Source: Zygnema circumcarinatum SAG 698-1b (taxonomy: Eukaryota; Plantae; Zygnematophyceae). From it: a stretch of 64,000 nucleotides of DNA. The notes under the pieces are model-generated. The model had not been told where the DNA came from. It searched no databases and saw only the letters and a list, made by a program, of their open reading frames with translations. Positions 29,013 through 45,600 of this stretch are shown piece after piece. The position numbers and the translations under genes are program-made. The stretch spans positions 1,674,001 to 1,738,000 of the forward strand of contig CM074817.1 of assembly GCA_037447605.1 (NCBI GenBank), in the 5' to 3' direction. Position 1 is the stretch's first letter. Each line of letters opens with the position of its first letter.

Positions 29013-30681
29013 GGAGTAACTTTACAGGTGTGTTATACTCTCATTAGAGAACCGGGAGGCTTTGGCCTTTGCACATTTGCACTGTTATGTAAAAATTGTT
29101 GGTGAAACAGTGAAGTAAAACAGGATGCAGCGAAGTTGGATTTCGTTGTCTGGGTGCATCCTGAGCATGGCAGTTTGCATTGGAGTTTATCAGTTTGCCC
29201 TTTATTCGTCGTGATGAGAGTCTGAGTGGCTAAGTAAAACCGGGCTTTTTCACAGTATTATAGGGTATAAACCACCCCTGACTTTTGTTGTGCTAATATA
29301 ATTCTCTTCTGCAATTGTGACGCAGGGCTGCTGCTTCTGGAGTACACTTGAGCTTAAATTAACGATGTTATGCCTTGTCTAGTGGTTGACCAGCAGAGCT
29401 GACTTCAAGGTAGTCGACCATGTCAAAGTCAGCCGGCACTCAGTACGTTTTGCAAAATATTTAGAACTTATGTGAGGTTTTCCTTGTTTTCGGATTCATG
29501 TCATCTACCTTTCAAAAAGTATCATTGGAGCTAAGCAGGTTGTCCTTCCACATGTAGACCAATAAAACAAGTTCTTTCTTGGACTTCTGTCATCCTTTAA
29601 TGGCATCCAATGTCGATGCTGACACAGACTGAGAGCAGCAAGGGGATGTTTGATAATCGATTTAACATTGACGGACTCGAAGGGGTGGGTTTGGCAACTC
29701 CTTGTGTAGCGTAGTCTGCAAAAGTGGTGTCACTTGCGTCACTAGTTAGTGTAGTTTAGACTTCGAACCCTTCCTCAGTTCGACTTTTGTGGTTCTCTGC
29801 TTGTCATAAAAATGACTGGTAGACAACGAACTGATCTGATGGAGACAGTCCTGCTATTTGAAAGGCCGTCTTTTGTATGCTTCTGAACCCCCTAAGGGCA
29901 GCAGTGGAGGCAATCGTCTTGATATGGCGGATGTGTTGATGCCCGAGACAAAATTTCTATCCAAGTGCTGCAGAATTGGGGTGATGTGCTTGTGTCAGGG
30001 CATGCTAAATAGGTCTGCATGGATATAGAGAGTCATGCATGTATGCTGTATGCATGCAGAAGCGGAAGACGATGGAAGAGTAAGATGCCTTGTTGTGTTT
30101 TTCCATGGCTCTACAACATTATCTTCGAGATGCAAATTAACTGGGAGTGCCATACATTTGTAGTGTTGTAGCGAGAATTTACGAACTGCTCATGAGACGG
30201 TTCACAAAATTCGAATTAACGTTGGAGCGATGTCAGGAGGAACCCCAAAATCGCATCGCCATATCAACTGCCAAGACACAAGGAACGGGCAGTTGCGCTT
30301 CCGCAAGTGTGAAGTCAACCTTCGTGCTTGACATCTAAGAATAATTCTCATATGGGAAGCAAGCGAAACAGGAGGCGAATAAAAAGGGCTATCCTACGGA
30401 GCGACGTACTCACTTTGCTAATGTTCCGACCCCGCCTGTCTCGACACCGTGAACAAATATGGAGTGTTGCAGCTCCATTCAGGAAATAGACGCCGTATTT
30501 ACATGTAATGTCTATAGTGATTGGTACAAAAACGTGCAATCTCTCTACTGGAAAACAGTGTGGACCACAGGCTCTCCTGTCTCCTCGTGTCTCCTCTGCT
30601 AGAACAGTGGAACAAATGTAGGCTTTGAAAAACATGGTACATGCTGCAAAGCATTTGCAGCAGAGGAACACCAAGGCTTCA

Positions 30682-33600
30682 TCATCTTTCATGGCTTATA
30701 CTCTGCCTAGGATGGGCGTCATGGCTGACAGGGCTCAGTCTGACATCCATGGGGCTTGGGTCCACGAGCTGGCCTGGATGCTCTGGAAGGATGAGAGGCG
30801 CAGCATGCATGCCCATGTGCATGTCGCACATCCCTGTACCTGTTGCCGCCATGGCTACCTGGGGACTGAGCAGCATGTCGCCAATAGTACCTGCAAGCAT
30901 ATTACGATTTGAGAGAAATTGATCATCCTTTTTCTCAGGAGCCTCGATTCTTCAACCCAAGGGATGGCAGCCAGCCTTTCCTAGCTTGAAGACAAGACCA
31001 ACTGCCAAGTCACTTTCCATATTGTCGTGTGGAGACTGATGATGAACTACTTCCTTCCATCCACATAGAACCAGCAACTTTCCTTGCCGTGCCCTGTCGT
31101 CAGGGTGAGAAATACATACGTTGGGAGGATAAAACAAATACATAGGATACGGCACATTAAGTCATTCCCCAGAATCCCAACCGGCACAAGTTTCAAAAGA
31201 CCAGCTTCACCTGATGAAGGAAGATGAAGTGTGTTGCTGGTCGGAGACGTGGAAAGTATTGGTCCTGCAGGAGAGTCCAAACGGAGTGCCCCTCCGGCAG
31301 CTTTGCATGCACGGATATGACGATCCAATTCATGCCTGCTCAAACAAAGGCAAAGCCACTTACTAGGCCTTCAGAAACTCTGCGAAGAGCTGCATCACCC
31401 AGGCCATCTTGTTCCAACAGACAAATCCAAAGAAAGAAAAAGAACGTATGTCCGAATGGGGCAAACACCTTCTTGGAAAACGAGACTGACAAGCCGAGCA
31501 AGCGAACTTAAAGTCTTCCCGACGGTTGTGAGCCAAGCTGTATCGCTTATGATTGCTCATTTTCCCAGCGTCATGAGTCTGAAAGTCACACGTTTCCCCT
31601 GTGACTTTTGGTTGGTTGCACACATAAATTTTCGCAGTCCTATTGTGTACCTGCACAATTTACACCAGAGGACAGCTTACATGCAGAACTTGACCATCGC
31701 AGACAAACATCACCACTCCTGCCATAGGTTTGTGCCAAGACATGAGAACTTGCCTTAGCTGTGTGCTTTTGCAGGTTGTCACGGTTTTTATATGCTTTGT
31801 TACATCCTCGCGTTTTGCATCTAAAACGGTCCTCTTCACCAGGAATCGAAACCATCTCAGTCGATGCAGGTTGAGGTCTATCAGATGCTTGCCCAGCTGC
31901 TTCAGCAGTTGCCGCTGCTGCCACTACTGCTGCCTCCACAACCTTTTCCTGACTCTGATCCACTCCCAAACAGAGCAACAACATCAATCTCCACCAGTTG
32001 CAAGGAAAGAGGTCAAACTATTCGAACTTCAAGTCTCGTCGACCACTATCCTAAACACTATCGTCTTTACTTTCCTCTAGCCCTTCTCTACAATAACTTC
32101 TCCACTCTTCTGTCAACAAAAAAGACCTTAAGATCGGACTCTCTCCTACTATATTTTCCGCACTACACATTCATCTAGGACCTCCTCTCCATTCTTGTCT
32201 AGTCTCGTACGTGTTTGTCTCCCCAGCGAAGAGACGCCGCTCTCACCAGGACAGTATACATTCTCTTGGGAAAGAAAAGGAAAGTGAGGAGACTAGATGG
32301 CCTGCAACCCCTGCTACAAGCTTCTCCTGCTCGGAGGAAACCAAGTCCCTCCAAACAATCTTCCATTCTCTGCTATATCCCTGGCGTGCAGCTGATGCCC
32401 AGAAAAATTTTGTCAAGGCATGAAGAAACGCACTTGCCTTCTGCGTAAGTGCAGCCCCTGCTTGCATAAGAAGAGCTTCCATCTGCTTAAGCACCTGCCA
32501 CCATAACCCATCGATTCCATTACGATGTATGTATTCAAAAAAAGGCCTTCAATCGAATGCAACTTTCCCAGAATCGAGATATAAAGACGCTCTCCCTTTT
32601 TCTTTTCTCTGCAATACTTTGTGTGACCGTTTCACATAAGGTCCACACAAGTTTTTCCAGCTACATTTTATGGCGTCGCCACCGTGGGATGAATGCCAAT
32701 CTTACTTTTTCTTTCTTCCCTTTCTCAGCTCAAAAAAGCAAGCAATTGGCTAGAAGAATATGGTTGGGCACCTGAGCTGTTTGATTGCGCACTTCTGCCA
32801 CTGATACATTCGCCATAACCTGCATCATAGTCAACTGACACAAGTCAGTAGTGCAATGTAGATGTTCAGCGACCAGGGAGAACTTCAATTTTGCTCGTGT
32901 GACAATGCAGGACCAGAACAAAGAAGGCATTTACATTCGATTTCAAGCAGAAGGGTGTGCAATCCCAATCCAAATAGAACAATTTTATGAATTGAGCAAA
33001 CGACATCAAGTCTAGCAATGTGAAGAACGATTCTCACCCCTGGGTCCAAGCACAAACAACCTGACACAAGAACGAAACCGCCTGCAGAAACTCTGTCCTC
33101 ACCCCGCAGTGTCCTGCTTAAACACGACAGGAAAATCACAGGAAGAAAATACAAGAGCCTCATTAAGGAAACGCAATTGCAAAGTTGACGCCTACTGAAG
33201 CCATTAATCAGAAGGACACAGCAAATTGCTCTATAACAGAAACTAAGCAAGAACTTTTATTTTGTTCCTTCCAACGCAACCGACAAAACCCCAGTGTCTC
33301 CAGCAAGCAGTATGCTGTTACATTTACCTGCCTTCCGACCCCTCCAGATGGGCTGCACCTAGGAAATCCATGCCACCTGCTATTAAGTCTGGCTGAAAAA
33401 TGCAACAAGAGGGAAGCTAAATCCACCGCGCAGATCCTTCACTATTGCGTAACTGAAAGTATGCACTGGAAGGCTCCTTTCTGCACTCTTCAAGAGTGGG
33501 ATGGATGTGGCGATCGGAAGTCTGTGATAACAAGGATAATGAAGCCCTGCAATCCCATGAAAGCAGGTACGAAGAGAATGGGACATAAGTGAGCATGTCG

Positions 33601-33749
33601 TGAAGCAGGACCAGCAATGCTGTACTGCTCCCCGCTTTCCAGCAAGGCCTCCTCCTCTCCCTTTCTGCACCTCCCTCTCCTCCTCTCCCCTCCCCTCCCC
33701 TGCCCCCCTTTCTCCCCTGTCAACCCTAACCCTAAACCTGTTCCTGCAT
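30682..33749 (-). CDS. C2H2 zinc-finger protein (three fingers), probable transcription factor; ends tentative
   Basis: Fingers FRCKTRGC...LQKHTAK|VH, YVCNQPKVTGETC...SNHKRYSLAH, FACSACQSRFPR|RHELDRHIRAC. Upstream exons MQEQ|VMANVSVAEVRNQTAQ|VLKQMEALL... Two AAG/GCAAGT GC donors. Confidence 0.7.
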
Positions 33750-34867
33750 GGCTCACACAGGGAGAGGCCGCACGCTGTCCATGGCGCCCGTTCCGCCCCG
33801 CCCGTCCCCGCCAGCGCCACCGTCCGTACAGCCCGCGGTCCCCCCATGACGACCGAGGACTCCGTTCGCCCGCCGACGGCCCAAACGGTCGCCTGTGACT
33901 GCGTGGCGTCACGTCACGTCACGCTCATGTGCTGGCCGCGCTTTTGTAAACAACAAGCATTCCAGAAGGAATGGGAATGGGAATGGGCGTAGAAAGACTG
34001 CACTTCTCATCTAGCGCAGCGTCGAAGGACAAGGCGTGGAAACAAAATGCCTGGAGCCAACGTACTGAATCCAAAACACACATTGGTTGCCAACTCTTAC
34101 CAAGTTTGAATGCAGCAGTCTAGTGTGCCAACAACTTTTCTTTTTTTTCTTTTTTTTCTTCTTCTTCTTCTTCTTCTTTTCTTCTTCTTTTTTCTACTTT
34201 ATGCTTATAACCTAAAAGTTCCATATAGATTTTCTCAGAGTCTTTTACACTGGCTGCTGGAATCTTCTCTAGATATCCGTTGATGGAGGCATAAAGGACA
34301 GCTATCTGTTGCGGAAATAAAGGGATACCTTTGACTTTTCTGGCTTTAAGTATTTGGGCATCCCAAGGCTAGGCGCGATAGGTGTGTATCTGGCTTAAAA
34401 AATATGCCAAACCTGTCTAACTTAACCTTGAAGCTCAGAAAATTCAACTGCGGGCAGCGGGCAAGCGAGCACCGACCGAAACATTTGCAGCGGGCAGCCA
34501 ACGACGAACGCATCTGAGCCGTCCGTCGAGCGATGCGGAGAGTCCGTACAGCTATTTCGGGCGAGCGGGAACATTTTTTCCTGCCCGAACTTGGCGGACG
34601 AAAACGAAACGGCGCAATTTCGAAGCTGCGCACGTTTTGACGCTCTCGCGAGGGAGCCCTCCGACCGTACGGACGGGCCCGCCCGCGGGCTGCTGACGTG
34701 GCGCTGAAAAGCGATCTCGGTCGCGCACTGTGTCCGACGCGGCACCATCGACCGCTGCGATGCCGTCAAGTGCCCAGAGGATTCATTGCGATTTGCCGCG
34801 TCCTGGCGCAGCGCGAGTGACGGGGCGGCGGGCGGGCGCGGTCAACAGCTCTGAGGGAGGGGCTGAG

Positions 34868-35165
34868 AGGGGAGGGGGAGGGGGAGGGGGAGGGGGAGGG
34901 GGAGGGGGAGGGGGAGGGGGAGGGGGAGGGGGAGGGGGAGGGGGAGGGGGAGGGGAGGGGAGGGAGGGGAGGGGAGGGGAGGGGAGGGGAGGGGGAGGAG
35001 GGGAGGGGGAGGGGGAGGGGGAGGGGAGGGGAGGGAGGAGGGAGGGAGGGGAGGGGGAGGGGGAGGGGGAGGGGGAGGGGGAGGGGGAGGGGGAGGGGGA
35101 GGGGGAGGGGGAGGGGGAGGGGGGAGGGGGAGGGGGGAGGGGGAGGGGGAGGGGAGGGGAGGGAG
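34868..35165 (+). repeat. (GGGGGA)n purine-only tract with G-quadruplex potential
   Basis: ~300 bp made almost only of G runs separated by single A. Confidence 0.95.
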
Positions 35166-35315
35166 AGAGAAAGACGCGGCCTTGAGCGCAGAGGGAGATG
35201 GGCTGGTCGTGTCTTCGGCGGGGTGGAGGGGCCTATTAGCAGCCCTGGTTTGACACCGCACTGCCATTGTAGAGGCGGTCGGTTTCATCGCGTTCCTCGC
35301 TGATGTCGCGCTGCT

Positions 35316-36620
35316 GGGTGTAGGGTGTAGGGTGTAGGGTGTAGGGTGTAGGGTGTAGGGTGTAGGGTGTAGGGTGTAGGGTGTAGGGTGTAGGGTGTAG
35401 GGTGTAGGGTGTAGGGTGTAGGGTGTAGGGTGTAGGGTGTAGGGTGTAGGGTGTAGGGTGTAGGGTGTAGGGTCTAGGGTCTAGGGTCTAGGGTCTAGGG
35501 TCTAGGGTCTAGGGTCTAGGGTCTAGGGTCTAGGGTCTAGGGTCTAGGGTCTAGGGTCTAGGGTCTAGGGTCTAGGGTCTAGGGTCTAGGGTCTAGGGTC
35601 TAGGGTCTAGGGTCTAGGGTCTAGGGTCCAGGGTCCAGGTCCAGGGTCCAGGTCCAGGGTCCAGGGTCTAGGTCTAGGGTCTAGGGTCTAGGGTCTAGGG
35701 TCTAGGGTCTAGGGTCTAGGGTCTAGGGTCTAGGGTCTAGGGTCTAGGGTCTAGGGTCTAGGGTCTAGGGTCTAGGGTCTAAGGTGTAGGGTTTACAAGT
35801 CAGGGTTCAAGGATGAGGGATTGGGGATGAGGGGTTTGCGGACTTTGGGCTCAGGCTTTAGGGTTAAGCGCTCAGGGTTCAGGGTTCAGGGTTCAAGGTT
35901 CAAGGTTTTGGTTGAAGGGTTTAGGGTTTGTAGGACTTAGGGTTCATGGTGTACGGTTTGGGGTGTGGGATTTTGCGTTCAGTTGTCAGGGCTCCTCAGG
36001 GTTCAAGGACTAGAGATTAGGGATTAGGGTTTATGGTTTATAATTTTGTGGGTTCAAAGTATAGGGTTAGGGGGGGTAGGGTTTTGGGGGGTTCAGGTTT
36101 TAGGTTTTAAAAAGCGTTCAGGCTTCAGGGTTGAGGGTTCAAGGTTCAGAGTTCAGGGTTCAGTGTTCATCGTTTAGAAGTCAGGGTTCAGGGTTCAGGT
36201 TCTAGGATTAGGGTTCAGTGTTGGGGGGGGGCTGAAGGTTGAGGATTGAAGTTGTAGGGTTTGGTTAGCGTTTAGGATTCAAGGGGCTAGGGCTCAGGGT
36301 CCAGGGTTTGGGGTTCAGGGTAGGGTTTTAGGTGTAGGGGTCAGGGTTCAGGTTTCAAGAGATCAGGGTTTAGGGATTAGGGATAAGGTTCAGGGCTTCT
36401 GGGAGTTCAAGGTTTCTTTTAGGGTTAAACGTTCATGGTTTTAAGGTTCAGGGTTTAGGGGGGTTGAGGGTTGAGCTTTCAAGGTTTAGGCTTTAGAGTA
36501 CAGTTTAGGTCTCTCAGGATTTGAAGGCTGAGGATGTAGCTCTTAGGGTTCAGGGTGTAAGGATGAAGGATTAGGGCACAGGGTTCAGGGTCTGAAGGTT
36601 CAAGGTTTAGGGGGTTCAGG
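35316..36620 (+). repeat. Interstitial telomere-like heptamer array: (GGGTGTA)22, (GGGTCTA)22, a few GGGTCCA, more GGGTCTA, then degenerate GGGTTCA/GGGTTTA
   Basis: Homogeneous blocks 35316-35469, 35470-35623, ~35624-35663, ~35664-35782; degenerate T(T/C)(T/C)AGGG-like units continue to ~36620. Confidence 0.93.
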
Positions 36621-37234
36621 TTTTTTTCATAATATATTTTTTCACTGGCCTATAGTTTGCGAGAGACCTCGGCCCAGGCTTAAACTTATCCAACCCTAAA
36701 GTGAGAGAAAAGATTAAGGGTTTGGAGTTCAGAATTCAGAGTGCCATGTCATGCGTAAATGCCATGTGATGGCAGATGATGATATTTGAGAACATGCATT
36801 GATGTTTATCGCCATTGTAATGCATGCGATAATGGCACAGCGGACAATAACAAAGCTTCAAAGTTTCAAACCATCTCCAAGGGGCTAGAAGAGCAAGTCG
36901 GAGCAACAGCCAGGTTGTAAGACAAACCGAAGACCAGGCAAAACCACAACAAAAAAAATTCATTCCTTTTTAAGGGTTCCGAGCAACAGATTTATATATA
37001 CAGCACAGCAGCTGCTCTGAGTGCTCTCTCTCCTCCTCTCTCTGCTCGACCAATCGAATCGAATCGAATCCGAATCCGAAATCGCGAATTGTTTGATGGA
37101 TCGCATAAAGTCACATTGTGGGGAGCTCGATAAAGTAAGCCTGACATTAGAGAGGTCCCGCTCGAGGCTGGGCAGGCAGGGGACGGTGGTCAGTGCGCAA
37201 GGGCCGTCAGATTTAGGGTTTCCTCACGGAGGCC

Positions 37235-41927
<4,693 letters not shown>

Positions 41928-42685
41928 CGGAATATGACAAGTCTGCTAGCATTCATTACTGCGTTCCGAGAAAGCACTCGTTAACAAATGAATGAAAGTT
42001 GGAAAGGCTTGATTCAAATACTTTAGTGAGGAGAACTTCAACTTTTTGCAAGAAGAGACTGCTTCTTGGTATACTGAAACGGAACTGAAGGTGGTGGGGG
42101 GTTGCGAGGGCGCGGGATTAAGTCTTCAGATCTGGGGTTTCTGGGTTTGTATGGGTGTTTCGGATGTGGTCTTTCTTCAATGTCTCCGCTTTTGGTCTTG
42201 TTGGACTGGGTTCTTTTTGGTGTTTCCTAAAAAAAATAAAAAATCTGAAAGGTTACATTTACTTTCGTCTAGAAAAGGCAGAGAATGTCCTTCTACACAG
42301 TTAGTCGCACACATTCAGAAACAAAACATTTCATTTCGATTGAACTTATCAAAAACGTATGTTATGTTCAAATGCTAATTATTGTTCTCAGTAAACAAAC
42401 CCACATTGGCTGACAGGTGATGCCAAATAAGGGGACCGAAAGAGGCAACTCAAATGCCCTACAGCTATGTGAATCTATTGTTGAGTTCCACCGCTACTAG
42501 CTATGGATCACTGCTCCCTGAACCAATCCATCGAAACAAAGCGTTAGGGCCCAGCTTCCTCCTATACAATGCGGGGCCAATCCGCCGCCCTTCGCAGCCG
42601 AACTTCACCTGTCTGCATAACTGGGACTTGTGGCGCCGCATTCTATTGAGCTAAAAGGGGGAACTTATGTACATGGGCTTTCCGG

Positions 42686-45600
42686 CTACAAGTCGGGGCT
42701 CGCTTCTTCTGTCACTACCTTGAGCACCACAGTCTTCTCTGAGGCACGCTTCACCATTACTTCGAACTCTTCACCCACTCTGTCGCCCAAAATGTCAAAG
42801 ATCTGCATCCAACGTGGCATTGAGTAATGTTATATTCCTTCTACTTCGCCCTTTTCACATGAACTTGACTACTATTGTTTCTGACACTGTATTTCCACAC
42901 ACATCCTCTCTACACGTCAAAGGGTTCCCTGGGCTTTATCTCTTTACAGAATCAATGCCCCAGCAACAGTCAAAGGTTTCAATGCTGCACCTGCCGAGTG
43001 GAGGTCACAGGCTCGCCTCCAAACTGCACTACCACATCGCCTGCTTCCATACCCGCACGTGCTGCAGGGGACCCGGGGACAACCTGCGAAGGAAACAGCA
43101 AAAAGTGAGATGACAAACTACATCTTTATGGCCTGCTTTGGCTAGGAATGAAACGGAGAGAGAAGGTCAGGACGAAGTAGAGCATACCTGTAGAACGAGC
43201 ACACCCGCCGAAACATTAGGAAAGGAAGGGTCCCTCTCGCGCAGATGTGGCACGATAACATTGTTGAGCTCTAACATTCGCATGCCTACAAAAGGTCGAA
43301 CCACTCGTCTGCATGTTCCAACAGCAAGTTTTTTTATCACGGTTAAGCATTGGTGATATCGTAATTAATGAAAGCTTGGAATCACAAGATTCCAACGTCA
43401 GCTGTTGAGCAAAGATGTAAAGATTTTTCTTAGAAAGCCTGGTCTTACTGAGTAGCAAATTGTGAACCTTAATAGGCAATACGTGTGCTTCTAACAAGCC
43501 ACAGACTGTTCCAGTGTGTACTAATCCTAAATGTTTTTCTCGCAAGTTTCAAATCCTTACCCGTGCTTGGCAAGCTGCTCAATGACTTTCACAGCTGTGT
43601 CGATTGGTATGGCGAATCCGACCCCATCCGCTGCCACCGCTTTCATGCAATTGATGCCCACAACTTCGCCATCAAGATTCACCAGAGGGCCCCCCGAGTT
43701 GCCCTGAAAGAAGCAGCATAAGGTTGGGACAAAGTGTCAATTCCAACCAACGATCTTAAGGAGGGACCTTTCACGCCTTGTTTTCGAATTTTGCTGTTTC
43801 AATTATATCCTCTGATAGGAACAATGACTCCAATTCTACGATTTGGTGTTCGGAAAACACGTGCGGATGCTGTGGTGGGCTTCATGTTCTATGCCGTCCC
43901 ATGTTGACGGAACCTTCTACTTTTAAGAAATCGAACTGAGGGCAAACAAGACACACGTAGTCAAAATTCCCCTCCTCCCTCTCTCCCCCTCTCCCCCACT
44001 ACCCCCCCTCCCCCTCTCTCCCTCACCCCCCCCCCCCCCTCGTCCCCCTCCCTTCTCACACCTCCCCCTCCCCCTCCCACCCGTCAGCCTCCCCCTCCCC
44101 CATCCCCCCTCTCTCTCTCTCTCTCTCGTACTCTCTCTCTCCCCTCCCTCATTCCAAGCACCCTCCATTTTGTTTACTGCGGTGAGTGGAATCCAAAGAC
44201 TAGCACATTCACGTTATGTGGCCACACGTAACATTACGGAAGTTAGGTGAAACGTGGATTTGCTGAGAAGTCAAGCAGGGTAAGGGTGCTATGCATGTGC
44301 GGAAGTTCTATCTGCGTCTCGCTGTTAGAACAAGGTTTATGCTATTGTGGATAACTAACTGGGATATCATCAGTTTTAGTTTCTGCATGCGGGGGCCTAC
44401 CTGGTTGGCTAGTAGGGCCTACCTGGTTGATAGCTGCAAATACAAACCAAGGAAAAACACTGATTAATACTTATGCTACTGAATTATGTTAGTGACGATT
44501 TGAATTATTATACTTGATTTACGCCACTGGCGGGGGGAGGGAGGAAGGGGGGGGGGGGGGGTCGACCTGCATCCGTTTGCAAATAATCATTTCGTGCTCC
44601 TCGTATACCAAGTTCGCTGCTCTTCCGATCAACACAACTGCTCACCTTCCCTCACCCACTACCAAAATGTAAGGAAAAGTAACTACGAGACATAACAGAT
44701 GCATCGACAGCAAAATTCTAAATGCAAGTTTTCAAATACTTCTCAAACGCTGTATATATCTCTAAAGACCGCTTCTTCCATAATGTCAGAACCTTCATAC
44801 GACTTGTACGACTTGTTCGTACGACTTGTACGAACTCGCGTGTTCAAAAACATTCTCTGCCAAAAGTAATTGTGTTTCGTTCGCCTTTAACAATGGCGAT
44901 TGGATTCCATTTGTAGAACTTTGTTCATAATTCCTTCATGATGGGTTCACACAAAGTACTTTATTCGGTTGTGCCCTTCGATTGTTCATTTGCATTTTAG
45001 TCTCTCTCTCCCTGGCAAATACCATATTCAGCTGAAAAGTTTCTGCCCTCACACTTTCATGGAAGGGGAAGCTGATGATGTGTACCTGATAATGCCCGAG
45101 GTAACAGTATTGGACAAGTGCAAAGGACTGCCCATCGCCAGTACCCACTCCCCCGGTCGCAAGCTTTTTGCAGAGCCCAATTTCACAATGGGGAGAGGAG
45201 TCTTGGATTCTATCTTCACAACTGCGATGTCGGTCAGTGTGTCAAAGCTCAGCACCTCCCCATCAAACGATCGCCCATCTTGCATCGTTACCACCAACTG
45301 CCCTCCACACCTTCTCACATTAGCATCAAGCCTTTAGTAAGACACATAGCCTTGAGCTCATTAGTAGAAGTGAACATAGAGTGACTCAATCCTTGTAGCA
45401 GGAAGGTATATGACTTAGAAACCCGACGTAAGACTAAGTTTATGTAACTGCATTCGTTCATGGGAGTTCCTGACATTGAGCCACCCTCACCTTCCCCTTA
45501 TCTCTGCCACTTCCAGTCGCAGCAGCTTCAGCAACCACATGAGCATTAGTGAGCACAATTCCATCTGGGTGAATGATTGCACCCGATCCTTCCGACTGCC

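Noticed and set aside
34730-35288. Poly-Gly/Glu (+) and poly-Pro (-) ORFs
   Set aside because: They are translations of the (GGGGGA)n tract, with no other coding evidence.
36741-36838. Imperfect inverted repeat GTGCCAT...ATGGCAC as a MITE or miRNA hairpin
   Set aside because: Pairing is short and patchy, and no TSD or second copy was seen.
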